Below are positions 9,555 through 18,900 of a stretch of 26,228 nt of DNA, piece after piece. Each line of letters opens with the position of its first letter. Position 1 is the first letter of the stretch. The notes beneath the pieces are model-generated. The model searched no databases. It was given only the letters and a program-made list of their open reading frames with translations, and was not told where the DNA came from. This stretch comes from Thermoproteota archaeon (GTDB lineage: Archaea; Korarchaeota; Korarchaeia; Korarchaeales; Korarchaeaceae). The translations under genes were made by a program, and so were the position numbers. The DNA lies in the NCBI GenBank assembly GCA_037917625.1, contig JAVCBY010000055.1, positions 1-26,228 on the forward strand, written 5' to 3'.

Positions 9555-9805
9555 GGGGGGTCAGCTCTACTCACTCCACTCGATAAAAATCTTTTTGGCT
9601 CAGCGGGGTATGGGAGCTAAGCGGACTGGGGTTAAATCAGTAAGGAGGACCTTCAGCTAATACTCCGTTTTTCAAGTCTGAGGAAAATCCTTTTTAAGAA
9701 GACTCTTAATCCCCTGATGACTAACGTGATTCGGGAAGTCCCGGCTAAAAGGCAGGTAGATATATTAGCCCTAAAGATGACCCTTAAGATGAGTGATAAG
9801 CTCAA

Positions 9806-11764
9806 CTAACGGTTAAAGACTTCCCGATCATTGAGAGCGTCGATCAGACTGTTGTACATCCTCTCAATCTCCCTCTCCGGATCCTCAATACCGATGAATT
9901 TAGCGATGGAGAGATCGAGCTCGTACCTGTAGTCCTCGCCCAACTGAGCGTAGAGGGGAGGGAGATGCATATCCATCATCTCACTTATGCTCTCACTTAT
10001 CTCATCAGTTCCCTTACTGGGGTTTATCACGGGGAGCTCGAGGTAATCATTCTCCAGGAACCTCGTCCATGTATCGGATATCCTCCTGCCCAACAGGAAG
10101 AGAGCTGAGATGAAGAATGTGCTGTTGAGCCAACCCACGAGGGGCTTAGCTGAAGCCTCATCCTTTATTATGTAAAAGTTTTTAGATGCTACGACTTTTT
10201 CATTAACATAATTTGCAAATACTCCCCTTCTTCTGAAAAGCAAATCCACTTTATCTGGTATGAAGACGAGCCCGAAGGGGTCCTTCCTCCTCACTTGCTC
10301 GTGGACGTGGCTATACCAATACCTTCCATGAGCTTCGATAGCGGGCCTCGCAGCCCCTGACTCAATTCCCCACTCTATGTAGGTACGCAGATCCTCAGGG
10401 AGCTCGCTCATATCTTTGGGCGGTATTGAGAGCATGAAAGTATCCACATCAACCCTTACTTTATCATTGTAGAGGCTCGGCTTCCTCAAAGCCTTTATGA
10501 GGAATCTCCTATCAATAGCCAGCTCAATCCCATTTTCTATAATTAGGTGATCTTCTCCCTCACTGGAGATCCTCCAGAACTTATTGGGGATGAAGAAGAA
10601 GTTGGGCCCGTACATCTCGATCCCCCTTATCATATTCTTCCCCAGGACTTCCCTCCAGTAGCAGAGGGTCCCCTTCCTCAAACCTAGCTCGAATACCCTG
10701 ACCAAGATATCCCCCAATCCCTTCTCGAATAGAGCCAGCCAGTTGATATCTAAGAACTTGGGGAGGGAGCGTAAATCCAAGCTAGGATCAACTATCCTGA
10801 CATCCAAATTATTCAGATCTATGAACGCATTTCTCCTATCTGAACCCTTGGATGCAACTATAATGACCTCCTTGAAGCCGCTGCCCTCAGAGAAAGATGC
10901 TCTAGATCTCGATTCTATTATTGCATGTAAGCAATACTCATCCCTCAAGAAGGACCTGTATCCCCTCCCGTATATAGTGTAGAATGTCGAGGCCGGAAGG
11001 ACGGAGATCAGCAAGCCCCCATTCCTCAGGGCTTGATCGCATAGGAACATTGATAGGACGTGAAGACCTATCTCCCCTCTAATGTACTTCCCATAACCTA
11101 AACCTCTCATCAGGGAGATGAGGGACTCCCTGTAATCTCTCTCTAAATACTTCCATCGGGTGAAGGGGGGATTTGTTAATATTATATCAGCCTTGAGCCC
11201 TCGAGAAGGAATTTCTTTGAAGGAGTCCCCGACGATTACATTTATCGCCTCCCTTCTCCCCTCCATAGATTGGAGGAGTGAGGCGTAAGCGAGTAAGGCT
11301 GGTAGAGGTAGGGGCTCGATCCCCCATACCTTAAGAACCCTCTCAGCTCCTATCTCACTAATAGCAGTTGTTAGCGTGATTCCACTGCCGAGAAAGGGAT
11401 CAGCGATCACTAACTCACCCTTATCATAAAAATCCTTGACGATAGATGCCATTAGTTCAGCTCCTTGACGCGTAGTATAGTAAGTTGAGAACCTCCTCCT
11501 CTCATCCCTTGGGATTATCCTCTGAACTTTCTCCTGGTAATCCCTCGCTGAGAGCTTTATTTTCTCAGCCTCCGATAAAATTAGCTTCATTTCATCTGGC
11601 TCTAATTTACTCACGGGCAATATCGGGGAGACCCAATCGGATAGTGCATCGAGATCGCCAGCGTACTCAAATATAACTCTCAAACTGAAAGAGAGTATAC
11701 GGAAACTCTCAACATTCACATCTATTCCTAGCTTCTCCATTATACTCCTTATCCTCATCTCCAT
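9806..11764 (-). CDS. N6-adenine DNA methyltransferase (gamma class, Type IIG/Eco57I-like MTase + target-recognition domain), no nuclease domain
   Basis: Motif X (STYYT), motif I (DPFLGSG), motif IV (ILTNPPF), LRNGGLLISVLP, and a C-terminal TRD-like region with WLNST. Confidence 0.87.
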   Translation of the reverse strand: MEMRIRSIMEKLGIDVNVESFRILSFSLRVIFEYAGDLDALSDWVSPILPVSKLEPDEMKLILSEAEKIKLSARDYQEKVQRIIPRDERRRFSTYYTTRQGAELMASIVKDFYDKGELVIADPFLGSGITLTTAISEIGAERVLKVWGIEPLPLPALLAYASLLQSMEGRREAINVIVGDSFKEIPSRGLKADIILTNPPFTRWKYLERDYRESLISLMRGLGYGKYIRGEIGLHVLSMFLCDQALRNGGLLISVLPASTFYTIYGRGYRSFLRDEYCLHAIIESRSRASFSEGSGFKEVIIVASKGSDRRNAFIDLNNLDVRIVDPSLDLRSLPKFLDINWLALFEKGLGDILVRVFELGLRKGTLCYWREVLGKNMIRGIEMYGPNFFFIPNKFWRISSEGEDHLIIENGIELAIDRRFLIKALRKPSLYNDKVRVDVDTFMLSIPPKDMSELPEDLRTYIEWGIESGAARPAIEAHGRYWYSHVHEQVRRKDPFGLVFIPDKVDLLFRRRGVFANYVNEKVVASKNFYIIKDEASAKPLVGWLNSTFFISALFLLGRRISDTWTRFLENDYLELPVINPSKGTDEISESISEMMDMHLPPLYAQLGEDYRYELDLSIAKFIGIEDPEREIERMYNSLIDALNDREVFNR

Positions 11765-11791
11765 AGCCCTTATCGAATCCTCGAGGATCTC

Positions 11792-12028
11792 TCAATCCGT
11801 GAAGATTAATTTAACTTTAAGCCCCCTCTTGGAGAAGCTCTCCACATTGAAACCGTTCATCTTGAGTAAAATTAGGAGATCCTCGAGCCTAACTCCCTCC
11901 TTAATCCTCATCTTGACCTCCACGCAACTTACCCTCTCCCCTTCTGCAGTAACAGCATCCGATATCATTAGTCCCTCGAGCGTCCCGAACCTCCTGAGGA
12001 TATCCATTAACTTTCTGGTCGACATCAT
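11792..12028 (-). CDS. Small hypothetical protein (78 aa), probably co-transcribed with the MTase
   Basis: Host-like codon usage; TATA-like ATTTTTAGG ~20-25 nt upstream; 27 nt gap to the MTase start. Confidence 0.65.
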   Translation of the reverse strand: MMSTRKLMDILRRFGTLEGLMISDAVTAEGERVSCVEVKMRIKEGVRLEDLLILLKMNGFNVESFSKRGLKVKLIFTD

Positions 12029-12147
12029 GAACTTGAGATGGACAGCCTAAAAATATGGTGTGCCCATAAGTACTCCAAGCTTAATACGGCATTCATAAGA
12101 AACCTTTTTATGGTGAATAGCCGATCTAGGAGCGATTTTGGTGGTCA

Positions 12148-13134
12148 GTGATGGGCATGGAGGAGGGCCCGAGCTGGCTCATCTGGATGATAACGGCATC
12201 ATGCAATCTGAATTGCCCCTACTGTTACTCCACCCATTACCTGAAGGAGAGGCCGTTGGGGAAGGAGGAGGTCTTGGAGCTGCTCAGGGAAGCGGCATCT
12301 AACGGCATCAATTACATCAACTACACTGGAGGCGATCCCTTGATTAGGAGGGATATCTCAGAGATATTAGAGTGGACAGTTGACCTAGGAATTGATGCCT
12401 CAATATTCACGAATCTCACCCTCTTGAACCGAGATATCGCTTCCAAAATCTCTAGATTTGATATTGAAGTCATGACGAGTCTGGACGGCCCGCGTGAGAT
12501 ATACGAGAGAGTGAAGGGCCGAGGGACTTGGGAGAAGTTCTTGAGGGGGATAGAGGAGCTCAAGAGGATGAATATACCGTTTCACGTGAATATAACAATA
12601 TCTAAAATGAATTATGGGAGGGTGGGGGATGCTATAATTCTAGCTGATGATTTAGGAGCTGATAGTATCTCAATAATACCATCGATGGCATTCGGTAGGG
12701 CATTGGAGACCAAAAGCTTCATAGGAAGGGAGGAGTTCCTCAGGAGCCTCATTCAAGCTGATAGAGTGGCTGAGGAGATAGGGATAAAGATCAGTGTCTG
12801 GTGCGCTCCATTCTTAGGGGCCCTTAGGGGATTGAGGAACCTCCGCTATAGAGATTGCAGGGAGTTCAGGGAGCTGGATATATCGCCGGGAGGCAAGGTC
12901 TTGATGTGCGATATCATGGGCATAGAAGTAGCTGATCTAATGAAGGATGGGATAAAGGGAGCTTGGAGGAAGCTAAACGAGAATGAGCTTTACCTAAAGG
13001 TGAAGGAGCTGCCAGTAGAGTGCTTAGGTTGTGGAGCTTGTAGTGGAGGGTGTTACGCTAGGGCTTTCAACTACTGGGGGAGGCTCCCCTCAATAGACCC
13101 TCTATGCTCTATCGTTAAGCTTCCTCAGACTTAG
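12148..13134 (+). CDS. Radical SAM protein with SPASM domain
   Basis: CNLNCPYC, YTGGDPL, TN, SLDG; C-terminal C...GKVLMC...CLGCGACSGGC...DPLC. Confidence 0.92.
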   Translation: MMGMEEGPSWLIWMITASCNLNCPYCYSTHYLKERPLGKEEVLELLREAASNGINYINYTGGDPLIRRDISEILEWTVDLGIDASIFTNLTLLNRDIASKISRFDIEVMTSLDGPREIYERVKGRGTWEKFLRGIEELKRMNIPFHVNITISKMNYGRVGDAIILADDLGADSISIIPSMAFGRALETKSFIGREEFLRSLIQADRVAEEIGIKISVWCAPFLGALRGLRNLRYRDCREFRELDISPGGKVLMCDIMGIEVADLMKDGIKGAWRKLNENELYLKVKELPVECLGCGACSGGCYARAFNYWGRLPSIDPLCSIVKLPQT

Positions 13135-14896
13135 CTTCCTCAACCTCAACTACTTTCAGCTGCTCCTTATACATCTCGATTATCTCCTCCTCAGTCGTCG
13201 CGTCCTGAGGCCCCTTATCATCCCTCCAACCCATGAACCTCGGGAACCTTATCGCGAGGCCAGCGTTCTTCCTCACTTTATCCCATCCGCAAGTATGGGT
13301 GGGGCTCAGGGTTATCTCATCCCCCAGGACTTGAGCTACCTTAACTGGGACGAAGTGAACATCAGCCTCTATATTAGATATGACGCTCGGATGCTTGTGA
13401 TCTATCTTGTAATCCTCTAGTAGTTTAGGAAGTCTCGCTAACTCCTCATCAGTGAAACCGGATCCCATCTTGCATACTGTCTTGAAGGCGTCCTCCTCAG
13501 GGGAGTAAGCCGCCATTAGAAGAGCTCCATAAGTTCCAGCCCTCTTACCTTTCCCCCAGAAAGCTCCTACAACTACTAGATCGACCGGTTCTATCATCTT
13601 GCTTATGTAACTCCTCTTCAACTTTATCCAAGACCATCCCCTCACTCCAGCTTGATATATGGATCTCGGGTCCTTCACCACTAAGCCCTCCGTCCCCATC
13701 TCAACGGCATGCTCGAAGAACCTCTCAAGCTCCTCAAAGTTTCCATCTATCTCCTCATATTGGACTAACTTAACTCCCTCATTCTCCCTCAATATCTCCT
13801 TCAATATCTTCCTCCTATCATCTAATCGCTCATCTAAGAGCTCCCTGCCATCTAAATAGAGTAAGTCGAATGCGTAAGTCACAGTGGGATAAGTCCTCAT
13901 AGCTTCCTCAACCCCGTACTTCCTCCTCCTGTGCATCAACTCTTGGAAGGGGAGTATCTCACCGGTATCAGGGTTTATAGCAACAGTCTCACAATCTAGA
14001 ACCACTTCATGTCCTTCAACGGCCTTAGAGACGTGCTCCCTCACATCAGGATAGGGTTCTGTTATGTCCTCCAGCCTCCTGGAGAATATCCTCACCTTCC
14101 CATCCTTCCAAACGTGAATCTGCATCCTCTCCCCATCATACTTGAACTCCGCGAATATCCTGGGGCCTATCTTCTCCATTATCTCCTCAGCGGACCTCAA
14201 CCTCTGAGCGAGCATGGGCCTGACTGGGATCCCTAAAGTTATAGTTATCTCATCTAAACCCTCAATCCCCTTCTCCGCAACTACTTTAGCTATCTTCCCT
14301 ATATCCGGGTATATATTGTACTTCCTCTCTAGTTTATCTCTGTAAGCCCTCCCCTTGAGGAAAGCCTCGGATAAAGCATCCAAGACAGTCATATCCCTCA
14401 CTCCAAGCCTCAGCTTCTCAGTGACTATCCTAGCTATGTATCTAGCTTCCAAGGGCTTAGCATCGCTCAAAATACCGGCTATTAACCTCACCTTCAGGTC
14501 CTGAGCCCCTTCCCCAGTAGCTCTCGCCACTCTGGTGAGAGTATCGAAGACCCTCTCCACAGTTAGATCCTCAGTGAAGAATGATTGAGCTGCTTTCCTA
14601 CTTACGGCCCACTCAGCTAGCTTCCCTATGTCCCCTAACTTAGGATATTCCTCCTCCAGTCTCTCCTGAGGGATGCCCGTGGCTAAGGATAGGGCCCTCA
14701 GGAAGAGCTTCTCCCCGACCCCGAGCTCGATGCCCTCGAAGGATGCAGCTATATTCCCCAAGGTTAGGTAAACTATCTTATCTAATATCTCGGGGGGAGT
14801 GTTGAGAAAAAGGTTCTTCAGGTAATCTATCATCTCCAATCTTCCTGTAGTTGCCTCTATCTTCTCATATATTTTCGCCACATCTATGAAGTTCAT
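13115..14896 (-). CDS. lig: ATP-dependent DNA ligase (archaeal)
   Basis: PMLAQR, motif I EFKYDGER, FDLLY, EGLVVK, WIKLK, GSGFTD, IRFPRF...RDDK. Confidence 0.98.
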   Translation of the reverse strand: MNFIDVAKIYEKIEATTGRLEMIDYLKNLFLNTPPEILDKIVYLTLGNIAASFEGIELGVGEKLFLRALSLATGIPQERLEEEYPKLGDIGKLAEWAVSRKAAQSFFTEDLTVERVFDTLTRVARATGEGAQDLKVRLIAGILSDAKPLEARYIARIVTEKLRLGVRDMTVLDALSEAFLKGRAYRDKLERKYNIYPDIGKIAKVVAEKGIEGLDEITITLGIPVRPMLAQRLRSAEEIMEKIGPRIFAEFKYDGERMQIHVWKDGKVRIFSRRLEDITEPYPDVREHVSKAVEGHEVVLDCETVAINPDTGEILPFQELMHRRRKYGVEEAMRTYPTVTYAFDLLYLDGRELLDERLDDRRKILKEILRENEGVKLVQYEEIDGNFEELERFFEHAVEMGTEGLVVKDPRSIYQAGVRGWSWIKLKRSYISKMIEPVDLVVVGAFWGKGKRAGTYGALLMAAYSPEEDAFKTVCKMGSGFTDEELARLPKLLEDYKIDHKHPSVISNIEADVHFVPVKVAQVLGDEITLSPTHTCGWDKVRKNAGLAIRFPRFMGWRDDKGPQDATTEEEIIEMYKEQLKVVEVEEAKSEEA

Positions 14897-15228
14897 TCAA
14901 CCCTCACCCTCTTGAAAGTTATCTCTTTGGGCGGGGCCCATATGTAGAGGATCCCATTGATGAACCTCGCCTCCACCCTCTCGGGATCTATCTGTATTGG
15001 CGTCCTTATCAGCTTCTTGTACCTTACTCTCGCCCCGCCTACGTGGGAGAGGGCTTCCACGTATACAGCTTCCTCACTCGCGTTGAGCACGAGATCCTCC
15101 TTCCTAACGCCGGGGAGGTCGACAGTTATGACTACACCATCCTTAGTGAGCCTCACATCATAGAGGGGCTCCTCAACATCCCTAACGGCGAAGTAACCCC
15201 ACCTTATCTCCCTATAGAACCAACCCAT
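14893..15228 (-). CDS. Small heat-shock protein (Hsp20/alpha-crystallin family)
   Basis: EPLYDV...VDLPGVRKEDL...ARFINGILYI; SD GGGGGTGA; ATGA overlap with lig. Confidence 0.88.
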   Translation of the reverse strand: MGWFYREIRWGYFAVRDVEEPLYDVRLTKDGVVITVDLPGVRKEDLVLNASEEAVYVEALSHVGGARVRYKKLIRTPIQIDPERVEARFINGILYIWAPPKEITFKRVRVE

Positions 15229-15239
15229 CTTATCACCCC

Positions 15240-15968
15240 CTAACCTATGTAAGCAGTCGTAGGCGCTTCTCTAGCAGTTTGAAGAGTCTTAGCCATCAAC
15301 TCCTTCATCTTTAGCCTTATCGTCTCAGATTCAGCCTCCAGCTGAGCTATATCTATGCTGATCCCTAAAGCAGGCTCTATAGCTTTTAGGAGCTCAGCAG
15401 CAGCTCCAGGATCTGGATAGACATCGAAGCTCTGCACCATGACTGCAGCAGCCGGTATCCCCCTCCTTATAGCCTCCCTGAGGAAGTAAGCAGCGTAACC
15501 TGATAAGTAGCCGCCTTTCATGAGCTCCCCGCCTATGTTGTTAGCGGTCGCTTTAGCCTCCTCACTACTGAATACTATCATGACTTGCGGCCTCTCAACG
15601 TTCATCCTATTCTCATCCGGTATCCCCCCTATCACCATGACTAGCCTCGGCCTCTTCTTAGCTACCCAATCTAGCACAGCTTCAGTCATCCTGAGGAGGG
15701 GTTCCACGGGCAGGGGAACTTCTACCTTGATTATGTAGAGGCCTCTCCCACTGTATATCTTTATCGTATGAGATGCTACTCCCTCCCTAACCTCTACGAC
15801 CGGCGGGAATATCGGAGAATCTATCTTCCCGACTTCCTCGAGGCCAGCTGTCCTTATTATGTGATCAGCTGATATAGTTCCCACTAAACCGGCTCCGGGG
15901 ACTGATAGTATGAGTATGGGGTTCCTAACTTCAGGAGCGCTCTCTATTATATCAACGCTCATAAGCAT
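15240..15968 (-). CDS. Proteasome assembly chaperone (PAC2) family protein
   Basis: PGAGLVGTISADHI...FPPV...YPDPGAAA...L..I.IDIAQLEAESETI...YIG. Confidence 0.9.
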   Translation of the reverse strand: MLMSVDIIESAPEVRNPILILSVPGAGLVGTISADHIIRTAGLEEVGKIDSPIFPPVVEVREGVASHTIKIYSGRGLYIIKVEVPLPVEPLLRMTEAVLDWVAKKRPRLVMVIGGIPDENRMNVERPQVMIVFSSEEAKATANNIGGELMKGGYLSGYAAYFLREAIRRGIPAAAVMVQSFDVYPDPGAAAELLKAIEPALGISIDIAQLEAESETIRLKMKELMAKTLQTAREAPTTAYIG

Positions 15969-16005
15969 CTAATGGTATTGAGTTACGAGGCTTTAACCTT
16001 AACCA

Positions 16006-17100
16006 TCAGAACATTTCCAAATCGAGCTCGAAGGGAGGATCCCTCAAGATGAATTCATCGATTTTATCTACGAATTCCCTCCTCTTCCTCCTATGATCCT
16101 CAATTAGATTTATCAGAATCTCCTTAGCTCTCCTCTTAGCTTCCTCACATCCACGCGTTTTGTCCTCCGTATAGGAGGCTAAGGCATCATCGTAACCTTG
16201 AGTATCGAAGGCCCTCAAGTAATGGAGCGATGGTGGGAGCTCGCGGCATGAAGATCTATCTATCTTCTCTGATATTGAATCTGGTGTATCAGAGAGGAAT
16301 ATGGCTGAACTCGGATCACTAGTTCCCATCTTTGGCTCGCCATTTATCCCCGGGAGGAAAATTGAGTGTATTAACGCGGGCTCCTCAAGACCCAGCCTCC
16401 TAGCCGCTATTAAGGAGGGCATCATCAGGGGGTGCTGATCCACAGCCATCGGGACGATGCACTTATACTTCCCCTTGAAGAGCTGAAACATCAGAGCTGG
16501 TAGGGACTGAATTAATGAGTAATACAGTATAGCTGGATTGGATGTATCATCTAGCTTCGTGAAGCTCTTCAGTTCAGCTATCCTGAGCTTCTTAGCTATT
16601 ATCAAGCTCACAGGGTAGAGCCAATTTGACTCGCTGTCCCATATTATCCGAACTTCCCCATCGAAGAAGGCCAGTACATCAACTATATTTTCCCTAGCCC
16701 ATCTCCTAGCTTCCCTGAAGCTGAGATCTGGCCTCAGGGAGTACTTCTCATCATCGGATACTTGGAAGTATAAGGGGGAGTTTAGCTTCCCCTGGATGAA
16801 TTTGGCGAGCATAAGAGGAACTAGATTTCCTATATGAATAGGTCCTGAAGCTCCTCTCCCAGTGAATATGTAAGATTGATCCCCTCCCTTTACCCAGAGG
16901 AGGAAGCTCTCCAAGTTCTTGTGGGCGAAGAACACATCCCTAGCTATGAGGTGATGATCCCCCAGGACTCTTCTCATCAAGATCTTGAGGCTAGAATCTA
17001 TCCTATCTATACCGAAATCGCATAAGAGCCTCTCATAATCTATCCTATCCCCCCTGACTTCCCAGGGCGTCACTTTGAAGCTCGGGAGCATCTCAATCAC
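16006..17100 (-). CDS. trpS: Tryptophanyl-tRNA synthetase, archaeal/eukaryotic type, divergent (possibly a paralog)
   Basis: VTPWEV, IDYERL, TGRGASGPIHIGN, QVSDDEK, AVDQ, KMGTS, AIFLSD. The likely start is ATG 17091. Confidence 0.82.
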   Translation of the reverse strand: MIEMLPSFKVTPWEVRGDRIDYERLLCDFGIDRIDSSLKILMRRVLGDHHLIARDVFFAHKNLESFLLWVKGGDQSYIFTGRGASGPIHIGNLVPLMLAKFIQGKLNSPLYFQVSDDEKYSLRPDLSFREARRWARENIVDVLAFFDGEVRIIWDSESNWLYPVSLIIAKKLRIAELKSFTKLDDTSNPAILYYSLIQSLPALMFQLFKGKYKCIVPMAVDQHPLMMPSLIAARRLGLEEPALIHSIFLPGINGEPKMGTSDPSSAIFLSDTPDSISEKIDRSSCRELPPSLHYLRAFDTQGYDDALASYTEDKTRGCEEAKRRAKEILINLIEDHRRKRREFVDKIDEFILRDPPFELDLEMF

Positions 17101-17572
17101 CTATGAGCTTCATCAACTTCCTGAAGGAGAAGCAATCTCCGGCTGGATGGAACCTGACGGTCTTAATTCTAGGGAACTTCGACCTCACTTTCTCGAGCAT
17201 GTAGTCCCTATCGTCCACGTAGAGTACTTCCTCCTCCTCAACCCCTAAGCTACTCAGGATCCTCTCCATCATGAGCTGCTTCTCCGGATGGGGCTCTATC
17301 ACCAAAAGATCGAAGTAGCGATCTAATTCGAAAGCTTTGAGGACCTCTAGGGCCTTATCGAAGTGGTTCCAACTGCATGTTGAGAGCTTAATGCCTTTAC
17401 TCTTAGCGAAAGAGAGGAACTCCCTCGCATCATCCCTAAGCGTTACTATCTCACCCCACTTGTCCTCTATCATCCTCTCGCTCACCCTCTTGAACGGAGG
17501 GGTTAGATCGCTCACATTGTGATGATCCCAGAGGACCTTATCCAGATCTAGTACTATGGCCTTAAGCTTCAA
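17093..17572 (-). CDS. Magnesium-dependent phosphatase-1 (HAD subfamily IIIC)
   Basis: VLDLDKVLWDH, CSWN, HPEK, YVDDR; TTG start. Confidence 0.88.
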   Translation of the reverse strand: MKLKAIVLDLDKVLWDHHNVSDLTPPFKRVSERMIEDKWGEIVTLRDDAREFLSFAKSKGIKLSTCSWNHFDKALEVLKAFELDRYFDLLVIEPHPEKQLMMERILSSLGVEEEEVLYVDDRDYMLEKVRSKFPRIKTVRFHPAGDCFSFRKLMKLIGD

Positions 17573-18350
17573 TTATCCCTCCCCTCTCCCTCAACTTATC
17601 ATATATGAATTGTAATGCTGCTCTGACGTTCCCCTCAGCCTCATCCTCATTGAGGGATGATGAAGTCACGTTTATCCTAAGGACGGGCTCCCTCACCTCA
17701 TGGCCCGAGGGATGGCTCTTAATATAAACATCGTACTTCCTCATGGCTTCCTCTATTATAGGGGCTGCATCCGACTCTGGGACTCCTCTGACGATGAGAT
17801 CGATGCTGCTATAATATAGCTTAGGGGCCCTGGACCTTATGATGTCCTCAACTCTCTCGAATATATCCATCATCTCGGAGGGCACTCCAGGTAGGACTAA
17901 GATCAAAGCTCTTTTCTCCTCCACTAAGATCCCCGGGGCCGTCCCGACAGCGTTATAAATAGCTTTAGAGCCTTCAGGCATCATAGCCATCTTCAACCTA
18001 TGCTCAGTCATAGGGAGGTTCCTCTCAGCGTACTTCCTCTCAACTATCCTTAAAGCCTCCTCATTAATCACGTGCTTCCTTCCGAGAGCTTTAGAGAGGC
18101 ACTCAGATGTCATATCATCGAAAGTAGGTCCCAAACCTCCCGTGGAGATTATTAGATCTGCTCCACTATCTATAGCGAGCCTGAAGGCCCAAGCTATATC
18201 TTCGCAATCGTCCCTCACAGTTATCGCGCATCTGACTAAGTAACCATCGATAGTGAGCTTCTTAGACAGCCAAGAGAGGTTGGAATTGACTATCCTCCCG
18301 TTCAGGAGCTCATTCCCTACAGAGATTATCCAAGCCTCTGGAAGCTTCAT
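17562..18350 (-). CDS. CinA-like protein (MoCF-binding N-terminal domain; lacks the PncC domain)
   Basis: SVGNELLNGRIVNSN, TGGLGPTFDDMT, NAVGTAPG, LPGVPSEM, PESDAAP, YIKSHP. Confidence 0.88.
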   Translation of the reverse strand: MKLPEAWIISVGNELLNGRIVNSNLSWLSKKLTIDGYLVRCAITVRDDCEDIAWAFRLAIDSGADLIISTGGLGPTFDDMTSECLSKALGRKHVINEEALRIVERKYAERNLPMTEHRLKMAMMPEGSKAIYNAVGTAPGILVEEKRALILVLPGVPSEMMDIFERVEDIIRSRAPKLYYSSIDLIVRGVPESDAAPIIEEAMRKYDVYIKSHPSGHEVREPVLRINVTSSSLNEDEAEGNVRAALQFIYDKLRERGGIIEA

Positions 18351-18900
18351 CCCTAAGCATCACCTCCAGCTTACTTATCCTAACTTTAGCCCTCCTCAGC
18401 ATTTCGTTAGCTGTTCTCACTATTAAGCGGATCCCCTCCTCATCCACTATATCCTTATCCTCCAGCCTAAGGGGGATTTCCAGCCTCTCCGTCCCTCTAG
18501 CCTCTATAAACGGCTTCGATAAGTTCATTATGCAAGTTCTCTTGAACCCAGCTCTCCTCATGATCTTGAGGAGGAAGATGGAGGCCTCTAAACTGCAAGT
18601 GAAAGCGTGTATTATAGGTGGGAGGAGGGCTAGCCAGACGTTATAGCCCCTTATCTTACTTAAGATCTCATCAGGCTCCACTGGTGAATGCCACTTCCCC
18701 AAATTGATCATATCGAATTTCTCCCCTGGTACTCTAGCTTCATAGAGCTGTATCCTCCCTGAGCAACTGCTAGTAGTATAAGCGAATGGGAGGGAGTTTA
18801 TCGCATCCAAGAGGCTTAAGATATCTGGATCAACCCTACCTTGAGCTATGTGGAGCTTCAGCCTCTCTAAAGCAGCTCTCTTCCTCTCCCTCCATCCCAA
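18310..18900 (-). CDS. taw3: tRNA(Phe) wyosine-derivative methyltransferase Taw3/Tyw3
   Basis: VDPDI...IN...YTTSSCSGRI, KWH, PPIIH, AGFK, TERLEIP; TTG start. Confidence 0.9.
   Translation of the reverse strand: MGWRERKRAALERLKLHIAQGRVDPDILSLLDAINSLPFAYTTSSCSGRIQLYEARVPGEKFDMINLGKWHSPVEPDEILSKIRGYNVWLALLPPIIHAFTCSLEASIFLLKIMRRAGFKRTCIMNLSKPFIEARGTERLEIPLRLEDKDIVDEEGIRLIVRTANEMLRRAKVRISKLEVMLRDEASRGLDNLCRE

Noticed and set aside
9690-9790. CTGATGA downstream of a TATA-like TTTTTAAG, with a small CGGGA/TCCCG hairpin: possible C/D-box sRNA, hammerhead or fluoride riboswitch
   Set aside because: No properly spaced CTGA D/D' boxes, no stem II plus GAAA hammerhead core, and no fluoride-riboswitch 5' motif.
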